From the human T2T-CHM13v2.0 reference genome, Homo sapiens, in assembly GCF_009914755.1 (NCBI RefSeq), contig NC_060930.1: 64,000 nt of DNA; one strand, written 5' to 3'. The notes under the pieces were generated by a model. That model was not told the origin of the DNA. It did no database searches and was given only the letters and a program-made list of their open reading frames with translations. A program made the position numbers and the translations under genes. Positions within the stretch are counted from its first letter, which is position 1. The number at the start of each line of letters is the position of its first letter. Positions 56,477 through 64,000 of this stretch are shown here, one piece after another.

Positions 56477-57473
56477 ATGAGAAAGAGGAAAATATTCTAA
56501 AATATATAAATATCCTATAATATCTAACACCTCTGTTTAAAAAAAAAAGTGATTCCTAAACTCATTCAGGAAATCTGCATCTGCCAGTGAGACCCATCCC
56601 TCCATCAGTTTGGAGTCAGCTGACATTGTCATGTAGAGAGACAAAGTGGAGCAGCAGCCAGGAGGCTTATTAATTTATTAATGTTCAATTAGAGAATGTT
56701 GAAAGAGCTATGCTGACTCTTAGAACTCACATAGAATATTAAGTAGGATACAGGGATACCTTCAAGTCTTTTGACAAATATCCTGCTTCATTTCTCTGAA
56801 GATGAACTTAGATTACAACATTTCTTGTCTGTTATTGTAGTGCTGTCACCATTTTCATTAATTGGACTCAGATGAAGATTTCTGTAAATGAAGCAAAAGC
56901 TCTAAGTCTTTCTTTTTCTCATCCTAGTGTTCTGTATACATGCATATGCACTATGCATATACACATTCAATATGTGAAACCAAATGCTTTTGTTTTGGAA
57001 AATGGCAATAAATTTCTGATCTGAGAAATCTAATAAATATATGAATCTCATTTATTACATTTATAGAAATTTGCATTTACTACATATGATCTTGGTGTAT
57101 AGTTAGCACCAGCGGGCCTAAGAGATGTTTTTTAAAAGTTGAAATCTCAAATGGCAAAACACACAAATTAAATATGGTTATTCTATTACAAGAGAATCAG
57201 CTTTTTACACTTTGAAAGATTTAAATGAGTGTTTCTTTTAAAATTAGATGAGTTAATCAAGCACTTTTTCAGTTGGATTTGTGGCAACTAGAAAGGAATA
57301 TAGACCCTCCCACGTCTATTTCTTTTGAGTTTTCAGTTTAATTTGGAGGACAGTTCATAATGGAATATATTTGAAAACAAATAGCATTAAAAAGTATCTA
57401 TTAAGTGCCCAGTGGAGACATACTGAGTGAACATTCAGAGGAGAGCTGGAAAAAGAATTATGGGGTAGTCCGG

Positions 57474-57630
57474 TGCTATGAACTGTTTGTATCTCCCCAA
57501 AATTCATATGTTGACACTGAACCCCTAATGCAATGGTACTAGGAGGCGGGGCTTTTGGAAGGTAGGTAGGTCATGAAAGCGGAATCTTCATGAATGGGAT
57601 TAGTGCACTGAGAGGAGACATGGAGAGAGC
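57474..57630 (+). mobile_element. MLT1/MST MaLR LTR 5' fragment
   Basis: TGCTATG...CCCCAAAATTCATATGTTGA...CATGAATGGGATTAGTGC. Confidence 0.75.
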
Positions 57631-57799
57631 TTGCAGTAGCTGCAAGAAGAGAATTTCCTTAGGCTGTCAAGATCCAGCAACTTGTTCTGGCAGATTATGA
57701 CTCCTCTTCGGCTTCAAAGAAATAAAGGTTTTAAGCAAATACACTTAGTGTCTGTTGCATACTTTCCCTGGGGAACTACAAAATATAAGGAATTGGATA

Positions 57800-58070
57800 T
57801 TTATTGACAGCTACTATTTATTTAGTGTTCACATTGGGTCAGGAATTGTGGCAAGCAATTCTTGTACATTGTCTGCAGTCTTTCCAAAAACCATGAGAGA
57901 CAGATACTATACCTCCCCTATTGCAGAAAAGAAAACTGAGGATCAGAGAAGTTAAACAACATGTCCAAGGTCTTGGTAGCCTTGGACCAAGGCTTGGTAT
58001 TTCTCATCCAAAGGGTTGGTTGCCAGGACTCTGCACTGGGTCTATCCAGCAAAGTCTGTGCTCTTTAAAT
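57800..58070 (-). mobile_element. MIR SINE
   Basis: GAAAACTGAGGATCAGAGAAGTTAAACAAC.TGTCCAAGGTC. Confidence 0.65.
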
Positions 58071-59202
58071 TAAACACCACTGTCTCTTGAGATCATGCTT
58101 TAAAAAGGATGAAATGGGCTTTTTATTCTAATTTTTCAGGATGTCTAAAAACTTACGAAATAGCACATGCTCTATGTTAGTTGCCTTGATGGCATGGTTT
58201 GAGATTAATTTATTAATCAGAGCATAACATAAGTAACTTTGAGTGAAAAGGACAATTCCAATGGGAGAGAATGTCAGAGAGAATGACGCTGAAGAAATTC
58301 AGGGCTTAAGACTATATTGTGTCTTGCAAAACCAGGAGCCAAGCGTTGGATCACGTATGCAATCTGGGATATAGTCCAGTTGGGTTTCAGGCACACTGGT
58401 CATCAAACAGTCCCAGCCAGAATATTTGGGAAGGTCTGGGACCTGAACAACAGCTACCCATGGTGCGTCAGAACTAGAATGGGTACAGACTTGACATCTT
58501 CTGAGAAAACTGCTCAGTGCTCAGCTTGTGTAATCACTGACATCCCAGGGCATCTCTCTGCATAGGAAAGAACTGGAAACCAAGGAATGAGAGGGAGAAG
58601 AAAGAAAGGGAGCCTAGACAGCAGAGATAAGCCAAGAGGAGGGAAGTGGAGAAAGGAACACTCTCTCAGTATGTCAGGTAAGCAATGATAGAGTGGATTT
58701 AATTGCCCCTCTGAGAGTCTGATGACACCAGCTGCCTTAAATGCAGCTTATGCACCATATTTAGCCCTGTCCCAGAGTCTCAGAGCAATATCCCAGGTTT
58801 TGTCCTTCTCAAGTTATTTCTGAACCAGCATTATGGAAAGGGAATCAGACTGGAAAACACTAGAGTTTTGGTCTTGACTTTGCAACTAATTATACAACTT
58901 TGGAAGATACTAAGTCTCTCTGGAATTAATTTTCCTCATCTGTAAAATGCAGAAGTTGAACTAGCTAACAGAGAGCTATAAAAATGAAAAATGGAATATA
59001 AAGAGCAATAAATTCTCCACGTAATCTTAACCTGAAAAACAGCTTCCCCCTGAGATATCAAGAAAATCAGGGCAAATATGGTGGAGATGATTCCTAAGAC
59101 TTTTCTAGATAAATGCATACATTCACCTCTTTATCTTACATGTTTATATTACAATCAATATACAGTAAAAATTTTGTTGATGAAAAAAATATATGACACT
59201 AG

Positions 59203-59960
59203 ACAGACCTGTCCCTGAACATTTGTGGAGCCTGGGCTGAGAATAGGAATGGAGGCCAAATACCATATGTCTAAGTATTTAAAAGTTATAAGTCAAGACA
59301 ACAAACTCAGAAATGAAATATGTTCCATCCTCTTATCTTGACAAGGCTACCTCCTAACAACCTGGAAGGTCAGGTTTGAATTGAGAAACCATGGAACTTG
59401 CTGGATATTAGACCTTTGTCAGATGCAGAGTTTGCAAATATTTTCTCCCATTCTGTAGGTTGTCTGTTTACTCTGTTGATAGTTTCTTTTGCTGTGCAGA
59501 AGCTCCCCAACTCATTGAGGCCAGCATCACCCTGATACCAAAACCTGGCAGAGATACAACAACAACAACAAAAAACTTCACTGTTTCCCTCCCCCTGGCT
59601 CCTTTCTGCACTGCCGGGATGTCATGCACCCCAGGTGTACACACCCCAGTTCACATGCCACACTCTGTCCAAATTCCCTAAATAGCCGCCCCTTGGCTAC
59701 CATGGAGGACTTGGGGTGCACACACCAGCAGAGCATTTGGACCATGAGTGGATGGACCGAGGTTGCAGTTGGTTAGGTAGGGTATCTGTGGGACATGGGT
59801 AGTCAGTGTGGTCATGAGAGGACTAATGAGGGCACTGGGTGGTCATGTCCCTTGGCCTAAGGACTTCTTGCCCTCTGGGGAGGGCACAGTCAGAGGAAGG
59901 CCAGCATAGCTCCCTCTAAACCCAGGCCAGGCCAGGGGCCTCCTGTGTCCTGGGCATGCA
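59203..59960. mobile_element. Old hAT-Tip100-type DNA transposon (MER115-like), interrupted at 59399-59580
   Basis: GGAGGCC.AATACCATATGTCTAA.TATTTAAAAGTTATAA motif; subfamily recalled from memory. Confidence 0.45.
59399..59580. repeat. 182-bp duplicate of the L1 inversion junction at 61306-61481
   Basis: Direct alignment: 6 substitutions plus 2 extra CAA units; same chimeric junction. Confidence 0.93.
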
Positions 59961-60445
59961 AAGCTTTGCAACAGACAGCAGGCAACACTACCCCCGAGGA
60001 TTGACATCAGAGCACCTATTTCTCTTGTGGACACAATGGGAACCTCCAGCCATGCCCTTTTGAGCCCCACTGCCCTCAAGAGAAACGTCATCTGAGAGGC
60101 TCATGGTGCCCCCTGCCTGCCTGTGCTGTCCCCATCCCTCTCCATCTTCTCTGCTCAAATCTGTGAGGAGCAATATTAACTTACTTGCCCCTTCCCTTAT
60201 TTCAGGAAGTCTGTTCCGCCACCATTACTTAATTGTATCATTCAGTTTTGTCTGGGGAAGTTTTTGGGTTTTGTTTATTTTTAATTCAAAGCAAAGCATA
60301 TATCTTTATATGAGTGAGACAAGACTGGAAAGATATAGGATATATGTTAGCATGGTTTTTTATGGGAGGTAAATTACAGGTAATTTTTATTTCCACTTTT
60401 GAATTCAGCTGTATTTTTCTAGATATTTTATAATGAATGTATCAA

Positions 60446-62828
60446 TTTTTTAAAAAACTTTTAGGTTCTGGGGTACATCTGAAGGTTTGTAAACTCATGT
60501 CATGGAAGTTTATTGTACGGATTATTTTATCACCCAGGTATTACGCCCAAGACCCATTAGTTACCTTTTCTGCTTTTCTCTCTCTTCCCACTTTCCCCCC
60601 TCAAGTAGACCCCAGGGCTTATTGTTTCCTTCTTTGTGCTCATGAGTTCTAATCATTTCGCTGCCACATATAAGTGAGAACATGTGGTATTTAGTTTTCT
60701 GTTCCTGAATTAGTTTGTTAAAGATAATAGCCTCCAGCTCCGTCTATGTTCCCACAAAGACATAATCTCGTTCTTTTTTATGGCTGTATACTATTCCATG
60801 GTGTTTATGCGCCACATTTTCTTTATCCAATCTGTCATTGATGGGCATTTAGGTTGATTCCATGTCTTTGCTATTGTAAATAGTGCTGCAGTGAACATTT
60901 GCATGCATGTATCTCTATGGTAGAATGATTTACATTCCTCTGGGTATGTACCCAGTAATGAGATTACTGAGTCAAATGGTAATTCTCTTTTAGCTCATTG
61001 AGGAATTGCCGTACTGCTTTCCACAATGGTTGAACTAATTTACACTGCCACTAACAGTGTATACGCTCACCAGCATCTGTTATATTTTGATTTTTTAATA
61101 ATAGCCATCCTTACTGGTATGAGATGGTGTCTTATTGTGGTTTTGATATGCATTCCTCTATTGATCAGTGATATTGAGCTTTTTCTCATATGCTTGTTGG
61201 CCACATGTATGTTTTCTTTTGAAAAGTGTCTGTTCATGTCCTTTGCCCACCTTGTAATGGGGTTGTTTGTTTTTCTCTTGTAAATTTGTTTAAGTACCTT
61301 ATGGATGCTGGATATTAGACCTTTGTCAGATGCATAGTTTGCAAGTATTTTCTCCCATTCTGTAGGTTGTCTGTTCACTCTGTTGATAGTTTCTTTTGCT
61401 GTGTAGAAGCTCCCCAACTCATTGAGGCCAGCATCATCCTGATACCAAAACCTGACAGAGATACAACAACAAAAAACTTCAGGCCAATATCCTTGATGAA
61501 CATTGATGCAAAAATCCTCAACAAAATACTGGCAAGCTGAATCCAGCAGCACATCAAAAAGCTAATCCACCACAATCAAATAGGCTTAATCTCTGGGATG
61601 CAAGTTTGGTTCAACATATGCAAATCAATAAATGCAATTAATCACATAAACAGAACTAAAGACAAAAACCCCATGATTATCTCAATAGATGCAGAAAAAC
61701 CTTTCAATAACATTCAAATCCCCTTCATGTTAAAAACTCTCAATAAACTAGATATTGAAGGAACATAACTCAAAATAATAAGAGCTATTTATGACAAACC
61801 CACAGCCAACATAATACTGAATGGGCAAAAGCTGGAAACATTACTTTTGCAAACCAGCACAAGACAAGGATGCCCTCCCTTACCACTCCTATTCAACATA
61901 GTATTGGAAGTCCTAGCCAGAGCAATCAGGCAAGAGAAAGAAATAAAGGGCATCCAAATGGGAAGAGAGGAAGTCAAACTATCTCTATCTGCAGACAATA
62001 TGATTCTGTACCTAGAAACCTCCCTAGTCTTGGCCCAAAGCTCCTTCAGCTGATAAACAACTTCAGCCAAGCTTCGGGATACAAAATCAATGTACAAAAA
62101 TCACTAGTATTCCTATACAACAACAACAGCCAAGCCGAGAGCCAAATCAGGAGAGCAATCCCATTCACAATTGTCACAAAAAGAATAAAACACCTAGGAA
62201 CACAGCTAACCAGGGAGGTGAAAGATCTCTACAATGAGAATTACAAAACACTACTCAAAGAAATCACAGGAGATAGAAACAAACAGAAAAACATCCCACG
62301 TTTATGGATATGAAAAATCAACACCATTAAAATGGCCATACTACCAAAAGCAATTTACAGATTTAATGCTATTCCTGTCAAACTACCAATAACATTCTTC
62401 ACAGAACTAGAAAAAACTATTTTAAATTCATATGGAACCAAAAAAGAGTCTGAATAGCCCAGGCAATCATAAGCAAAAAGAACAAAGCTGGAGGCATCAC
62501 ATTATCCAACCTCAAACTATATTACAGGGATACAGTAACCAAAACAGCAAGGTACTGTACAAAAATAGGCACAAAGACCAATGGAACAGAATGGAGAGCC
62601 CATAAATAAGGCCACAAACCTACAACCATATGAACTTTGATAAAGCTGACAAAAACAAGCAATGGGGAAAAGACTCCCTATTCAATAAATGGTGCTGGGA
62701 TAACTGGCTAGCCATATGCAGAAGAGTGAAGCTGGACCCTTTCCTTATACCATATACAAAAATCAACTCAAGATGGATTAAAGACTTAAGTGTAAAACCC
62801 AAAACTATAAAATCCCTGGAAGACAGCT
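60446..62828 (-). mobile_element. 5'-inverted (twin-primed) L1PA: 3' part antisense 60446-61412, ORF2 segment sense 61410-62828
   Basis: Antisense 3' UTR/ORF2 end switches at AGAAGCTC|CCCAACTC to sense ORF2 ([39 protein letters not shown]). Confidence 0.92.
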
Positions 62829-64000
62829 TTGAATAAGTATTTACAATGTTCCTTTTACCTCAGCTTTTACAAGAATTTTATCATACATACCTTGAGAGCT
62901 TAGAAGGAAGTTATAAGACATAACATTTTAATAGGGCAAAATAGGCCTCTGAAGTTAAGTCCTTATTAGTATAAAATTCCACACATTTCTTCAAGCAATT
63001 TTTAAATTTCATAATTATTTGACTTGGCATGAAAATTCTATCTAAATATGTCAGAAGTTTGAAAAATAATGTTAACATTGTAATGAATCTCACTTTATTG
63101 CAGAGCCTGCCTTTCTCAAATTATAGTAATAATTCTACTATAATGTTTCCTGACACATTCATGAATTCCTTTAACTTACATTTCAGTAGCATCTTAATCT
63201 TTTGAACTTCTTGATGTGGAAATATCTTTTTATCTAATGTCATAATTTGTTGCAACATATTCCAGCAGAGGAAAAAAATCCTTCAATATATGAAATGTCT
63301 CCAATTTAAATATTTCTGCTTTTTTAGGAGGAGGGGGTGTTTTATGATTATATTACCTAATGCCTAGCTTTTTGCCATCTGCCCTGGTCACTAATTTTAA
63401 ATGACAGGTGAATGGCTCACAAACATTTAAGAGATAAAAATGATTTAAAAATCCCTATATGTGCTTCTTTTATTTAAAAAATGCTGCTAAGAATTCATTA
63501 TTATTTATGGTTCATGCACAAATTACAAGGTGAACTGGTCGTACACAACAGAATAATTTGTTTCCTGGGCTAAACATTTCCTGAAGTTGATATGATACTA
63601 GGGGATGACTCCATTGAAAAGTGCATGGCATCTTCAGCATTAAGGCACAACAGAAAGTGGATTAAGGGATGATGCTTTTGGCAGCGTTGATGACACAAAG
63701 GTAAATAGTTTCAGCCGCATTCACTTTGTGGGAATCTGGGTTTTGAGATAAAAGGAATTGTCAGAAAGAAAGGGATTTATATCAACTCTGCAGATTTGCA
63801 TAATCAGAATAATAGCATACCCCACTGTAGTAGAATAAATCCTACTGTAAACAATGAATTTAAGCCCCAACTAAAGACATAGTTTCATCATATTCACACT
63901 GTTCCTGCTTAGGCAAGTGAAAGTCCCCTACTTTTGGACAATCATTGCTATATGCTGGTAAGTCAAATACTGGTATAGTAGATTCTGTGCTAACCCTCTA

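Noticed and set aside
58560-58690. Strong plus-strand donor CAG|GTAAGC at ~58677 suggesting a lncRNA exon
   Set aside because: No partner exon or transcript evidence can be derived from the sequence alone.

Overview
Primate (human-like) genomic DNA containing the complete PERP gene on the minus strand. Three coding exons (43826-43613, 32962-32822, 28736-28510) have canonical GT-AG junctions and give 582 nt, or 193 aa. The gene has a CpG-island promoter, a p53/p63 element in intron 1 and a long 3' UTR with alternative AATAAA signals. The rest of the window is interspersed-repeat DNA: near-full Tigger1, a near-full L1PA carrying a nested two-LTR THE1, an LTR16/ERVL provirus remnant, a twin-primed inverted L1, many Alus, MIR/L2 fragments and small DNA transposons. 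Nearly all other listed ORFs come from repeats or microsatellites. I see no convincing new gene system. The strongest unexplained structures are: (1) a 182-bp copy of an L1's private inversion junction pasted 1.9 kb away; (2) a 23-bp-stem hairpin in apparently unique DNA that is fully paired only as minus-strand RNA; (3) a ~100-bp duplication flanking an 8-kb L1; (4) inverted Alus 44 bp apart in PERP intron 1, plus Alu geometry around frame-symmetric exon 2; (5) a tandem array of 26-bp hairpin units. Repeat subfamily names come from recognising consensus sequences by eye, and the boundaries of old repeats are approximate.
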